Below, piece by piece: positions 1 through 11,489 of a stretch of 64,000 nucleotides of DNA. The stretch comes from a virus. Each line of letters opens with the position of its first letter. The stretch's first letter is position 1. Made by a program: the position numbers and the translations under genes. The stretch spans positions 1-64,000 of the IMG/VR virus record IMGVR_UViG_3300028920_000052, one strand, 5' to 3'. The notes under the pieces were generated by a model, which saw only the letters and a program-made list of their open reading frames with translations, was not told the origin of the DNA and did no database searches.

Positions 1-1
1 A

Positions 2-3000
2 ATGTCAGATAAAACTAGAAGTCCTATTATTGAAGCCCCCAAATTTAAATTTAATCTATTAACTTCAGGTGTTCAGAAAGATGGTACTATAACTAAAGAG
101 GCTTTACCATTTCAAGTTAGAAATGAAGTAGGAAATATAGTTAAAGCTGAGGCTGCTCGTATTAGAGAAATATATGGTAAGATTAAAGAGCATACTGAGA
201 ATGGTACTTTAGAAGAATATAAAAGAAATGTTGGTGAACAATATTTTTATGGCTCACAATATTTCTATCTATTTCCAGAACTAAATGATATTATTTGGAA
301 GGATGGTGTAGTAGATCCTACCTTTTTAGTAGGTAAACAACTAGAGGCTCTTATTGATAGTGCTATGAATAGTATAGTAGATGTTGTAAATAATACTATA
401 ACTCAATGGCAAAATGATGGAACAACTAAACTAGATTCAAAAGGTAAATTAGAACATCAATTTAATTTATCATATGTAAAAGAACACATAAGTAGTTATA
501 AAGGACTAAACTTGGCAGCATTTGCAGCAGCAGACTTAGAAATAAATAACTTTATTTTTAATGCTAATATGCTGCAAATAGTGCAAGGAGATCCTGCATT
601 ATATTATAATACTAAATGGAACAAATTAAGTCCTAGAGAAAAAGTTGAAAATACTCTTAAAGAATACCAAAAGAGAGAGGCTAAAGATGCTGCTCCAGGT
701 GAATTAGGAACAACAGAGTGGGAAATTAGAGATGGAAATAAGGTATGGAGAGGTAATACTCATTATACAGTGCAGTTTGTAAAAGATGATGGACACGGCT
801 CATTAACTGATGGATATTTGCAAAGTCTTGAAGCTTACACTGGTAAGTTAGATAGAACAGATGCTCAGGAATACACCACAGTTAAAGAAAAAATAACTGC
901 TATAATGAACCATGGTAGAATTCCTGATGCTATTTTCATCAGCATAATGAATAAAATAGATAATGCTAAAGATGGTTATTATGAATTAGACGGAGAAGAG
1001 TTAGAATTCATTATGGGGCCTGATAAACCTGTACAAATTGTAAGAGAAGATATTGATGGGCATGAGCATACTTATTATATAAAGTCTTCATCATTTCCAC
1101 TTATTCCCCAATTTACTAAGGATACAGATTTAGATAAAGTTCGCAGAGCAATGGAGAGTAGCGGAACAGATAGAATAGCTTTTGTTTCTGCTACTAAAAC
1201 AGGTGCTAGAAATATTGTTGAAGTATTTGATAAAGAAGGAAATGTCAAAGATGGCCTAGACTTTAAAAAAACTCAGAGCCTTTTAAGTAGAAAAGGATTT
1301 AGTATTCAGCAAGATGTTCCTTATGATGACACTAAACATAATATTACAGTAGTTAGCCAGGCAGATAGGCTATTATTACAAGGGTTAGCTAATGTAGATT
1401 TTGAGTATAATGGTAAGAATGTTAAAGGAAAAGATTTAAAGAAACTTAAAGAAAAGATTAGGTCTAATCTTATGGATATGTCTAGAGAAGAATTATTCAC
1501 TAAGATTGGAGTTAAACTTACAGATGATAATAAACCCTATGTTGCTGACATGAATAAATTCCTTGAAGGGATTCGTGAAGAAGCAATAGATAGAAAGTGG
1601 AATATTAATGATGTAATGTCATTGAACATTGTAGATGGTAATGTGGTTGTTCCTTTAGGATTTAATAATAGTGCTGAAAGAATAGAGACATTGATAACTT
1701 CTATGTTCAATAAAGTTATTAAACAAAAAATTAATGGTAAATCTCTTGTACAAGGAAGTTCATCAGGACTAAGAAACAATGTTAAAACTTTAGAAGAACT
1801 TACTTCTAAAGATAAAAATGGTATAGTTTGGATTAAGGGTACAGATAATGATTTCAATCCACAGAAGGGGTTAACTTTTATAGATAGTAAAAGTGGCAAA
1901 CTAGCACAAGTAGTTTTACCCTGGAAATATCAAGCAGAAATGGAAAAGTTTTTAATTCCTGATACTAGCATGCTTGATATATCTAAGATAGATAAAGAAC
2001 TTCTTAATATTGTAGGATTTCGTATTCCTAATCAAGGACATAGTTCTCAACTAAGTATTCAGATAGTAGGATTTCTACCTAAGAATATGGGGGATTTAGT
2101 TTTAGTTCCTGGTGAGATAACTAAACAGATGGGTTCTGACTTTGATGTGGATAAACTCTATACCTATATATTTAACCACGTTGTTAATGATGACGGTAAA
2201 TTAGTTAAGATACCTGAATTTGTAACAGTAGAAGGAGATGTAGATGTAGATAAACTAAACAAATGGGTAAGTAAAAACTTTCCTACTAAAATCAATAATT
2301 TACAGAAATATACTTATTATGTAAAAGAAAGTAAAAAAGAAATTCAAGAGGGTATTGATTTTATAAGTAAATTATTCCAAGAAGAAAATGTAGAAACTGT
2401 TGATGAAGTAAGCGTTAAAAAAGATGTTCTAAAAGAACTAGGATTGACATATGAAGATATTAATGTGCCTAGTAGAAAATTTTTTAAAAGAGCCATTTTA
2501 CAAAATGCTTATATTGGAATACATTTAAATGTTCTTAGTAATCCAAAAGTTATGAAGTTAATGACTGAGCCTCTTGATGCTAAAGATTTAGAAATTACTG
2601 GTAAGAAAGGTGCTAAAATAAAAGAACCTAAACTATTTCTTTCAAGACAGAGGCAACTTGAAGATTTTGAGATACAACAAGCTGGTAAGAAAGGTGTTGC
2701 TATATTTTCAAGAGCTGTAGTAGGTCTTGCCATGATAGAGGACTATGACATTAGATTAGGTACTATAGTTAAAAAAGAAGAACAACCATTTGACTTTATA
2801 GGATTTAAAGATGATAAAGGAAATGTTATAACTCTTAATAAACTATCTGGTACAGGAACTTCTACTTTTAATGGAGAAATTAGAAGTAAAATTAGGAACT
2901 TAATTATTCAACAGTCTGGTGCAGTAGATAATGCTAAAACCCCTGTATTAGATATGAATGGATTGCATAGTTTGTTATTTAATGCTTCAATTGCAATGTC

Positions 3001-6000
3001 TATACTTCAATCTGAATCAGGAAAAGCATTAGATTTAAGATATAATTCTTACTTTTTAAGACAGCCTATTATTCAAGCCTATGTTAAAGAGTTAAGAAAT
3101 TTATCAGACTCTTTAAATACAGACTTTGTTCCAGATAGAAAAGAAGAAGCAATAGAGAGAGTTAAGGAACAGTTTAAAAGTAAACTAATTAATCCTGAGT
3201 ACCAAACTATAGGTAAATCTTATAGTCCTAATGAGTTATTAAAGTTATTAGAAATAACTGAAACTTCTAGTGAAACTTTTATTCAGGATCAATTAGAAAT
3301 ACTTGCACATTTTACAACTTTAGATACTATAGGTACAGAATTAGGTGAAATATTTACAGCATTATCTTCTGAAAGTAAGGGAGTAGGTAAAGGATATTGG
3401 GAAGCTTCACAAAGACAAGAGCAAATTTTTAAATTAGGTAAGAAAAGCCTAATACGTGGAGCAGAAGAATTAGTTGGAGATAATCAGAGTGGTAAAATTG
3501 CATCTTATGTTGGTGATGCTGTTAATATTTTATCTCAAATATTTCCTTATAATACTGAAGTGGTAAAAGGTATTATTAATGAAATTGAACTTGAGAATGG
3601 TAAAGATAGAGTGGATATTGAAATGAGAAAAGATATTTGGGAAGCACTTAAATCTTTCATATTTACAGATCCTCAGCTTGATACCACAGCGGAAAATAGA
3701 AATGATTTGTTTTATGGAGAAAATAGTGTAGCAAAACAACTAAATAAATTTTTAGAGACTAAAGAAGGTAAAGTAAATAAATTTGCTTTAAAACTTAAAA
3801 CCAAAGTAAACAACTCTAAAGGACTACCTGATATAATTACTTTTAATGCAGCTATTTCTGAAAGAACTGATGAACAAGAACTAGTAAAGTACTTTGTTGA
3901 TATGTTTACTAGTGCTAATGAAGAAACTAGAAATTTAGCTGAAAGGTTATTACAGTATGCATATGCTCAAGGAGGTATTCAACAGGCCTTACAGTTTGTT
4001 AAATATATTCCTACTCCTTATTTAAGTGCTACTAATTTTGGTAAAAGGTTAGAAGAAATATCTACATTACTAAAAGGAGAAAATGGAATTATAGACTCTA
4101 ATATATTTATTGAACAATTTTTTCAGCATAATCCTAATTTAGCAAGAAAACACAATGTAGAGAAAATAGGCAAAATTGCTAAAGAAGGTATAACTTTTAA
4201 TACAGAAAATGATAGACTAGCACATCTTAAAACTGTTAAAAATAACAAAGTTGTATTTGTAGATTATATTTCAATAAGAGATACAAGTAAGAATAAATGG
4301 ATATTACTAAAAAAAGTTGAGACTAACGGTAACAAATTAGTTTATAAACCTATTCCTTTAAAAGGTGGATTTGGTAAAAATTTTACAGCATATAATGAAT
4401 ATAATTTTAATGGGGAACAAGTTACATCAACAATACCTGAAAATAATCCAGAAGGAACTATTACACCTGTTGTTAAACCCAAAATAACACCTACTATAGA
4501 TACTACTATTGAAATAGGAGAAATATTAAACACAGAGTTTGAAAACATCAAAGCTTCTAAATATGTAGATGTGTTTAATGCTGAAGGAAAAGAAGCCTTA
4601 GATTTTGCATTATCACAGCTAGAAACTGATAGATATAAAGCATTGATACCCTTATTTACTAAAGAAAACTTATTTCCTAAGTTTAAAGTTATTTTAGATA
4701 ATAATCTTAAAGATAAAAATGGAAATATAATTAAAGGGAAAAGAAAAGGTGATACTATTATTATTAATCCTAAAGAACATAAAAGAATTGCGGATTTTTA
4801 TGGAAGAAAATTATCTAATGAAGATATTGAAAACACTTTAATCCACGAATTAGTTCATATTCCTACTGCAGATGCTTATAGAGCTTATAGATTAAAAGAA
4901 GAGCATCCTTTACTTACAGATAAAGTAAGAGAGAAGTTTAGAAATATTGATACCTTATTTATGGTAGCTTACAACAAGCTTTCAAAAGAGGATCAAAAGA
5001 AAATTGAATTAATTAGAAATAAAAAATTAGATGATTCTTCATTATCTGTAGAAGATAAAACTGGACTATATGGATTTACTAGCCCTACAGAGTTTATGGC
5101 TGAAGTTCTTACTAAAAAAGAATTTCAACAAAGATTAAATGAAATGTCCTTTAATTCTCAAAAAACTATTTGGGAAAGGTTTAAAGATTTAATTAGACAA
5201 GTTTACAATGAATTTATTAAAGGATTAGGATTTACTGTAAATGAGCAGAGTGTTTTAACAAATACTTTAGTTGAAGTTATTGATTTATTAGAAACTATTG
5301 GAAAAGATGAAAATGTTATTACGTCTAAAGTTTCAGAAATATATTCTCAATTAGGTAATAAAACTGAATCTGAAAATGTACATATTGAGCCTTGGAGTAA
5401 TTTAAAAAATGCTACAGAGGCTATTGTAAGTGTGGATGAAGATGTTTCAGCCCACATAGTTTCAACAAGAATTCAAGGAACTAATGAACATTTTGGTAAT
5501 CCTTTTAGTCATGCTCCTACTGGAAAAACACAAGGATTAATAAAAACAGAAACTATAAAAGAAGCTGTTGAGGCATATACTCAATGGATTATTCAAGAGG
5601 AAGATATTAGTTCTTCTTTTTATGAAAAGTATTTAAATAATATTAATTCTGATTTATATGATAATCTTCTTCAAAGAAGACAGTGGATTAGAGAACAACT
5701 TGAATCTGGAGAATTAAAAAATAAACCTATTTTTTATTATAAAGAATTGGGTCAACCTTCTCATGCTACTGCTTTAGATTATTTAATTAATAAATATGAT
5801 TGGAATACTAAAAATAAAAAAGAAGTAACTGATAAGGAACAAATACTTAAAGATAAATTAACAGGTAATATTGCTGATGATATAGATTTATCTATAAGCC
5901 CTTTAGTTGAAGGGTATGATAAAAATAAAGTTAATCTTGTATTTGGAGAAGAAGGACAAGTACAGTATGTATACGATGTAGTTAATAAAGTATTTAATAA

Positions 6001-7306
6001 TTTAAATAAAATAAATAACTGGGCTAAAGGTATTAAAAATGAAGATGTGTTATGGACTAAAATACAGAAAGATTTACAGATACCTTTAGAACAAATAGAA
6101 TTATTAAAAAATAGTAGGGGCAATACTATAGAAGAAAAACTATTAGATTTAGTTGGTAATTATGGTTATAGTGTTGAAGTTAATACTGCTAAAAACAAAC
6201 AAAAACAATTTGGTAGTTTTGAGGCAGAACCTGGAATTCCAATAGAAGCAATAATGCAAAATAGAAATGCAGCTGAAAGTGAAAAAGGAGAACCTACTAG
6301 TTATTATGCTAACTTAACAGTTCCAGGAGGTACTAACTATACTGAGAATGAAATATCTACTCCATTAATTACACCTTCTATTAAAGGACATGCTCAGTTT
6401 AGTACAGATAAAGGTATAGGTTGGTTTAGAAGTGATGAAAAAATCAGTAAAGAAGCAGAATATGTGGAAAAATTAGAGGATGAATATTTACCTTTTCCCA
6501 TGAAAACTAAAGAAGTTGAAGGTTCTAAAACTCGTAGAATACTGGAAATACAATCTGATTTATTTCAGAAAGGTAGAGATAGTAAAGAATTAGTTAGAGA
6601 AACTGGTTTAGAAACTATAGATTATGATGAGGAAGGTAGCCCATTACCTGCACCAATTTATAATGATACTAAAGGTAATCAATTTTTACAACTTCTAAAC
6701 AAAGACTCTAATTGGGTAACATTCTTTATTAAATCTATTGTGCAAGATAGTGCTAAGAAAGGATATGAGAAAGTATTATTTCCTAAAGGTGAAACTGCTG
6801 CTAAAATTGAAGGTCATCAAACTATTGCTGATGAGATAAAAGCTTTAGATACACGTATTGCTGGATTGAAACTTAGATTTAAAACTGATTTTGGCATAAT
6901 AGAACAAGGTAAAAATAAGGGGATGTGGTTTGGCTACGATAAACCATATAATAATAAATTACTTGCTGAAAGAAGCTGGACTTATGGTATTGAGCAATTA
7001 GAAAAACAAAAACAGAATCTTAAATCACAAGGTATAGAAAAACTTAAACCTATTGAAGCATTTTATGAGATTAGAGTAGGCAAAATATTAGAGAAACAAT
7101 TTGGTAAAAATAATGTTAAAACTATTACTGATGAATATGGAAATCAGTGGAGAGAAATAACTATTGTAAAACCAAAAGAAAATGTTACCTTTGAAGGAGA
7201 TTTAGGCATGTCAGTAAGTAAATATATGCAGACATTAACTAAAGAACAAAGAGAATTAATGAGAAAATTAATCAGCACAGGTCAGATAAAATTTAAGTGT
7301 GAGTAA
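2..7306 (+). CDS. Giant virion-packaged RNA polymerase (crAss-like vRNAP), probably 5'-truncated by the window, with extra C-terminal domains
   Basis: 2434 aa ORF. Catalytic GSDFDVDK (DFDVD at nt 2138-2152) preceded by GFRIPNQGHSS. Zincin motif HELVH at 4844-4858 with downstream EFMAE. Confidence 0.92.
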   Translation: MSDKTRSPIIEAPKFKFNLLTSGVQKDGTITKEALPFQVRNEVGNIVKAEAARIREIYGKIKEHTENGTLEEYKRNVGEQYFYGSQYFYLFPELNDIIWKDGVVDPTFLVGKQLEALIDSAMNSIVDVVNNTITQWQNDGTTKLDSKGKLEHQFNLSYVKEHISSYKGLNLAAFAAADLEINNFIFNANMLQIVQGDPALYYNTKWNKLSPREKVENTLKEYQKREAKDAAPGELGTTEWEIRDGNKVWRGNTHYTVQFVKDDGHGSLTDGYLQSLEAYTGKLDRTDAQEYTTVKEKITAIMNHGRIPDAIFISIMNKIDNAKDGYYELDGEELEFIMGPDKPVQIVREDIDGHEHTYYIKSSSFPLIPQFTKDTDLDKVRRAMESSGTDRIAFVSATKTGARNIVEVFDKEGNVKDGLDFKKTQSLLSRKGFSIQQDVPYDDTKHNITVVSQADRLLLQGLANVDFEYNGKNVKGKDLKKLKEKIRSNLMDMSREELFTKIGVKLTDDNKPYVADMNKFLEGIREEAIDRKWNINDVMSLNIVDGNVVVPLGFNNSAERIETLITSMFNKVIKQKINGKSLVQGSSSGLRNNVKTLEELTSKDKNGIVWIKGTDNDFNPQKGLTFIDSKSGKLAQVVLPWKYQAEMEKFLIPDTSMLDISKIDKELLNIVGFRIPNQGHSSQLSIQIVGFLPKNMGDLVLVPGEITKQMGSDFDVDKLYTYIFNHVVNDDGKLVKIPEFVTVEGDVDVDKLNKWVSKNFPTKINNLQKYTYYVKESKKEIQEGIDFISKLFQEENVETVDEVSVKKDVLKELGLTYEDINVPSRKFFKRAILQNAYIGIHLNVLSNPKVMKLMTEPLDAKDLEITGKKGAKIKEPKLFLSRQRQLEDFEIQQAGKKGVAIFSRAVVGLAMIEDYDIRLGTIVKKEEQPFDFIGFKDDKGNVITLNKLSGTGTSTFNGEIRSKIRNLIIQQSGAVDNAKTPVLDMNGLHSLLFNASIAMSILQSESGKALDLRYNSYFLRQPIIQAYVKELRNLSDSLNTDFVPDRKEEAIERVKEQFKSKLINPEYQTIGKSYSPNELLKLLEITETSSETFIQDQLEILAHFTTLDTIGTELGEIFTALSSESKGVGKGYWEASQRQEQIFKLGKKSLIRGAEELVGDNQSGKIASYVGDAVNILSQIFPYNTEVVKGIINEIELENGKDRVDIEMRKDIWEALKSFIFTDPQLDTTAENRNDLFYGENSVAKQLNKFLETKEGKVNKFALKLKTKVNNSKGLPDIITFNAAISERTDEQELVKYFVDMFTSANEETRNLAERLLQYAYAQGGIQQALQFVKYIPTPYLSATNFGKRLEEISTLLKGENGIIDSNIFIEQFFQHNPNLARKHNVEKIGKIAKEGITFNTENDRLAHLKTVKNNKVVFVDYISIRDTSKNKWILLKKVETNGNKLVYKPIPLKGGFGKNFTAYNEYNFNGEQVTSTIPENNPEGTITPVVKPKITPTIDTTIEIGEILNTEFENIKASKYVDVFNAEGKEALDFALSQLETDRYKALIPLFTKENLFPKFKVILDNNLKDKNGNIIKGKRKGDTIIINPKEHKRIADFYGRKLSNEDIENTLIHELVHIPTADAYRAYRLKEEHPLLTDKVREKFRNIDTLFMVAYNKLSKEDQKKIELIRNKKLDDSSLSVEDKTGLYGFTSPTEFMAEVLTKKEFQQRLNEMSFNSQKTIWERFKDLIRQVYNEFIKGLGFTVNEQSVLTNTLVEVIDLLETIGKDENVITSKVSEIYSQLGNKTESENVHIEPWSNLKNATEAIVSVDEDVSAHIVSTRIQGTNEHFGNPFSHAPTGKTQGLIKTETIKEAVEAYTQWIIQEEDISSSFYEKYLNNINSDLYDNLLQRRQWIREQLESGELKNKPIFYYKELGQPSHATALDYLINKYDWNTKNKKEVTDKEQILKDKLTGNIADDIDLSISPLVEGYDKNKVNLVFGEEGQVQYVYDVVNKVFNNLNKINNWAKGIKNEDVLWTKIQKDLQIPLEQIELLKNSRGNTIEEKLLDLVGNYGYSVEVNTAKNKQKQFGSFEAEPGIPIEAIMQNRNAAESEKGEPTSYYANLTVPGGTNYTENEISTPLITPSIKGHAQFSTDKGIGWFRSDEKISKEAEYVEKLEDEYLPFPMKTKEVEGSKTRRILEIQSDLFQKGRDSKELVRETGLETIDYDEEGSPLPAPIYNDTKGNQFLQLLNKDSNWVTFFIKSIVQDSAKKGYEKVLFPKGETAAKIEGHQTIADEIKALDTRIAGLKLRFKTDFGIIEQGKNKGMWFGYDKPYNNKLLAERSWTYGIEQLEKQKQNLKSQGIEKLKPIEAFYEIRVGKILEKQFGKNNVKTITDEYGNQWREITIVKPKENVTFEGDLGMSVSKYMQTLTKEQRELMRKLISTGQIKFKCE

Positions 7307-7307
7307 T

Positions 7308-10300
7308 ATGAAATGTAGAATAACAGAAGCAGCAGATCCTAGATTAGTAGAGCTTATTGAAAAATATGGACAATCTAAGGGACTTGAAATATATGTGGAT
7401 GAAAAAGGTACTGGAATTCCTTATAAAGAGCCTTCTCCTGAAATAGAATCAGAGCCTGTATTTGTTCCTTATGAAAAAGCTATAGTTCATTTAAAAGGTC
7501 AATTAAGGCTGGAACAAAGAAGATTAGATGACTTAAAATCTAAAACTTCTGTTGAAGATAATCTTGAAAAAGCTAAATTGCATGAACATAGTAGAGAGTT
7601 AAAAGAAAAAATTGAAGAGTTGGAGAATTCCCAGGATTTAGATACTCTTATAAATATTGCTAATTTACAATTAGACTGGGTAGTTAGTTTATTTAATAAA
7701 GAAAATTTCCATCCTGCAGAATTAAATGAAGCTAAAAGAGTTATAGAGTTGTGGTATGATATTAAAACTATACTTTACGGTGAAGGAGTTGAAAGAGATG
7801 CTTTAGATGAAAGAGTGATTGAGAAATTTGATGCTTTAAGAGCTAGAATAGATTCTGAAGGTATAACAGATAGACTATTTAACATTAATGCAGAATTCTT
7901 AACTAAGCAGGCAGGTTATTTAAGTACTTCTGAATTTCTTAAAGAACTTTATAAATTAAAAGACTTGGATAAAGGTACAGAATTTGGTAGATGGCTAGGT
8001 GCTACAGGTACTAAATATCTGACTGTTCTGGATAAAATGAATAGAGATGCTGCTGTTAGAGTGGATCAAATAATGAAAAGTTGGAGTCAAAGAATTAAAG
8101 ATGTTTTGGCTCCTATTAAAAAAAGGGGATTAGAGAGCCTTTTATGGCAAGTAGATAAAGATGGGAACCCAACAGGTAATATGACTAATAGATATTCTCA
8201 AACTTGGTATGATGCTAGAAAGGCAGCGTATAATGCATTGAGAAAAAGTATAACTAATCCTAAATCTACTACTACTAGCAGAAACAACGCTTATAAAAAA
8301 CTAACTAAATTTCTTAAAGATAATACTGTTACTGTAGATATGAGGTATTTTATTGATAGTAAATACGAGTCTAGAGAGGGTGTTACTAAGGAAATGCACA
8401 TTGAATATCTTAAAGAGCAGTTTGGAGAGGTTAGAGCTAATGAAATTATAGAACAAGCAGCAGAGTCTTATCAAAAATATTTAGAGAATTTAGAAATAAT
8501 TAAGAGGCTTAATGAAGAAAAAGTAGAAACTGGAGAATTAAGTTCTGAACAGGCTACTATGATAGTATCAGAATGGGTAGATAAAAATAGTCCTATAGTT
8601 TGGTTAGAACAACAAGATGCTCCCATAGAAGGTCAAACAAAGAAATTTACTCAATCTACTTTTAATAGATTTGTTGTTAATAAACCTAAGAAAATAATTG
8701 AAGGTAAAAAAACTGAATGGTATGATGCTAACTATGAAAGAATAGAGAATGATAAAGAATTATTAGAAGCATACAATACTATAAGGGAATTTATGGATGA
8801 GATGATGTCTTATTTACCTCAACATATTAGATCAGATATACAAGCTAACTTCTTACCTAGAATAAAAAGAGAATTTGTTCTTGCTATGAATGCAGAAGGA
8901 CTTAAAGGTGCTGTAGCTGGATATGGTGAAGACTTTATTAATAGTATGACTTCTACGGCTGGAATGGAGAATAGATTTTTAGAAGAAAATGAGATAGGAC
9001 AATTATATAAAAGTATACCTACTAAATTTACATCTCCAATACCAGTGGATGAAAGAAGTAGAGATTTAGAAAAAATTCTTCCTATGTTTGGTACAATGGC
9101 TCTTAACTATAAGTATAAAAGTGAAGTACAGGATAGAACAGAATTAGCACATAAATTTCTGCAATCTATTGCTAAAAGTAAACAACGCAAAGAATATACT
9201 ACAAATGAATTAAATAATACTCTTGAAACTATAGAGTGGTTTATGGATTCTCAACTATTTGAGAAGACTAAAATGGATGAAGGGGTAACTAGCATTAAAA
9301 CCTTTAAAGGAAATACTTTTGAAATAGTTAATCAAGATAAAGCAGAAGAAATAGAAAAGGCTTTTAAAAAATTAAGAAAATCTAATGATGCTGATACTGC
9401 TGTTAGACTTCTCAAAGAGATGTTTGGGAATGATATAAAAGTAATGAAGGTTAAAGAAAGATATAAACAACTAGTAGAAAAAAGAGATGAGATTGAGGAT
9501 AAACTGTATAATGATGAAATTACTCAAGATGAATATGAGAAATTAATTAAACCTCTTGAAGATGAAGCTAACGGTCTTGGTAGAAACTTAGTAATGTCTA
9601 AAGTTGCAGATAAGTTAATGAGGTATAATCAGGCTATGGCATTTTGGTTTAACCCTTTCTCAGCATTTAATAACTATATGTTTGGTGTTCTATCGAATTT
9701 AACTTGGGCAGCAGGAAAAACAGATTTTAATCCAAAACAAACTATACAAGCTTTTGGATTAATGTGGAAATCTGCATTGAATTTAAAAGATGGTAAGTTG
9801 GATAAGGCTACCAATTTAATTGCTAAATTTAATCTTCTTTATGAAAATTTAGAGTATAACAGTTCAGATACACAAAATGAAACATTGAAGAAATTAAAGG
9901 CTTTTCCTTATGTACTACTTAGGAAAGGAGATTTATTTATCAAAGGGCAGACTATGATTTCTATTATGTTAAATAAAAAAGTTAATGTAGTTGAGAATGG
10001 TATAGAAAAAGAAATAAGTTTATGGGAAGCTTTTGATGATAGTGGTGAATGGAATGTGGAAAGATTTGGAGAAAATAAAGAATGGAGGGGAGATTGGACT
10101 AATCCTGAAGATAATAAAGCTTTTCTAGACTTTAATAGATATGTAAATAAGATAGAAATAAAGTTGCATGGTAACTTTGATCCTAATGCATCCCCAATGT
10201 ATAAAAAATATGTACTAACTAGAATGTTAGCACAATTTAGAGCAAGTTGGATGATAGAAGGTATTGCACAAAGATTTGAAAGTAGAAAATTTGATGATGA

Positions 10301-10826
10301 TTTGCAAAGAGAAGTTGAAGGAAGATACAGAACTTTTGGTAAACTGGGGTTTAAAAAGTCTTTTCAGGTATTAGGTAAATTAGTTGCTGGGCATTTTACT
10401 GGTAAAGTAGATTTAAATAATATTTCTGCTAAAGATAGAAATCTAGTATTGGAGAATATGAGAAGAAATCTTATGGAAATTTATCTCTACGCAGCAATGT
10501 TCTCAATATACTTATTATTAAAAGCAAGTATAGATGATGATGACGATAATGAAGATGCTAAAATGGCTCTAAATATGCTAAATAGAGTCATGGCTGACAC
10601 TACATTTTACCTAAGCCCTAAAACATTTATTGAAATCGTGAAAGATCCAATTCCAATTTTAGCAATTCCTATTAGAGCAACCAGAGGTTTTAATTCAGCA
10701 CTAGATCTAATATTTGAAGATCTAACAGAATCTGAGGAAGAACAAAAGTGGAGAAATATTACATCTAATTTTTATCTTATAAATCAATACAATAAGACAG
10801 TTAATATGAGAAATAAAGTATTTTAA
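7308..10826 (+). CDS. Large virion cargo/ejection protein next to the vRNAP
   Basis: About 1170 aa, largely helical, hydrophobic segment near the C-terminus (IYLYAAMFSIYLLL). ATG at 7308 sits 1 nt after the vRNAP stop; position typical of crAss-like genomes. Confidence 0.65.
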   Translation: MKCRITEAADPRLVELIEKYGQSKGLEIYVDEKGTGIPYKEPSPEIESEPVFVPYEKAIVHLKGQLRLEQRRLDDLKSKTSVEDNLEKAKLHEHSRELKEKIEELENSQDLDTLINIANLQLDWVVSLFNKENFHPAELNEAKRVIELWYDIKTILYGEGVERDALDERVIEKFDALRARIDSEGITDRLFNINAEFLTKQAGYLSTSEFLKELYKLKDLDKGTEFGRWLGATGTKYLTVLDKMNRDAAVRVDQIMKSWSQRIKDVLAPIKKRGLESLLWQVDKDGNPTGNMTNRYSQTWYDARKAAYNALRKSITNPKSTTTSRNNAYKKLTKFLKDNTVTVDMRYFIDSKYESREGVTKEMHIEYLKEQFGEVRANEIIEQAAESYQKYLENLEIIKRLNEEKVETGELSSEQATMIVSEWVDKNSPIVWLEQQDAPIEGQTKKFTQSTFNRFVVNKPKKIIEGKKTEWYDANYERIENDKELLEAYNTIREFMDEMMSYLPQHIRSDIQANFLPRIKREFVLAMNAEGLKGAVAGYGEDFINSMTSTAGMENRFLEENEIGQLYKSIPTKFTSPIPVDERSRDLEKILPMFGTMALNYKYKSEVQDRTELAHKFLQSIAKSKQRKEYTTNELNNTLETIEWFMDSQLFEKTKMDEGVTSIKTFKGNTFEIVNQDKAEEIEKAFKKLRKSNDADTAVRLLKEMFGNDIKVMKVKERYKQLVEKRDEIEDKLYNDEITQDEYEKLIKPLEDEANGLGRNLVMSKVADKLMRYNQAMAFWFNPFSAFNNYMFGVLSNLTWAAGKTDFNPKQTIQAFGLMWKSALNLKDGKLDKATNLIAKFNLLYENLEYNSSDTQNETLKKLKAFPYVLLRKGDLFIKGQTMISIMLNKKVNVVENGIEKEISLWEAFDDSGEWNVERFGENKEWRGDWTNPEDNKAFLDFNRYVNKIEIKLHGNFDPNASPMYKKYVLTRMLAQFRASWMIEGIAQRFESRKFDDDLQREVEGRYRTFGKLGFKKSFQVLGKLVAGHFTGKVDLNNISAKDRNLVLENMRRNLMEIYLYAAMFSIYLLLKASIDDDDDNEDAKMALNMLNRVMADTTFYLSPKTFIEIVKDPIPILAIPIRATRGFNSALDLIFEDLTESEEEQKWRNITSNFYLINQYNKTVNMRNKVF

Positions 10827-10828
10827 AT

Positions 10829-10856
10829 AAAAAGGGAGAACTTAATCTCCCTTTTT
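10829..10856. terminator. Bidirectional intrinsic terminator between convergent gene blocks
   Basis: AAAAAGGGAGA-ACTTAA-TCTCCCTTTTT perfect hairpin with A and T tracts on either side. Confidence 0.85.
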
Positions 10857-11489
10857 CTTTCTTATCCATTCTCTGGCAAAAAATATATAATTTTCCTCTG
10901 TATATTTAATATTTTCATAACTGAAGAAAATTTTAGCGTTTATTATAAAATCTAATAAGTCTTTTTTACTAAATTTAGGTTTATTTTCATTTATATATTT
11001 TTCTGCATCTTTTCTAAATTTAAAATGTTTTACATTTTTTCTAATATTACTATCACATACTAATCCTTGCCACATTTCAAAATTAAAATCTACGAACCAA
11101 AAAACATCTCTTTCAAATAATTCATTACCAAATTCATCTTTTAATAAAGGTTCTTTATAATGCTCAATCTTATGTATTCCAACATGTCCTGGGCCAACTA
11201 ACATATGCCTACCTTCACAATCTAAATAGAATTTTTCTATTGTAAATTTTTGTGTGGGGCATTTAGGATTATATACTTTATCTCCAAGTTTAAATTTTAC
11301 TCTATCAGGTAATCTCATAACTACTGTTCCTAATATTACCCAATTCTTTCCTTCAACTTTTTCCCAAAATTCTGGATAGTATTTAACATCTGCTGAAACA
11401 TCACATTCATTATCATACTTTAATATACAACCTAAATCAGGAGAACCTGGATATTCTTTTATAAGTTTGTACTTCAATTTGTTATTCAT
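10842..11489 (-). CDS. Hypothetical phage protein
   Basis: 215 aa ORF in a tightly packed minus-strand operon. Confidence 0.7.
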   Translation of the reverse strand: MNNKLKYKLIKEYPGSPDLGCILKYDNECDVSADVKYYPEFWEKVEGKNWVILGTVVMRLPDRVKFKLGDKVYNPKCPTQKFTIEKFYLDCEGRHMLVGPGHVGIHKIEHYKEPLLKDEFGNELFERDVFWFVDFNFEMWQGLVCDSNIRKNVKHFKFRKDAEKYINENKPKFSKKDLLDFIINAKIFFSYENIKYTEENYIFFAREWIRKKKGD

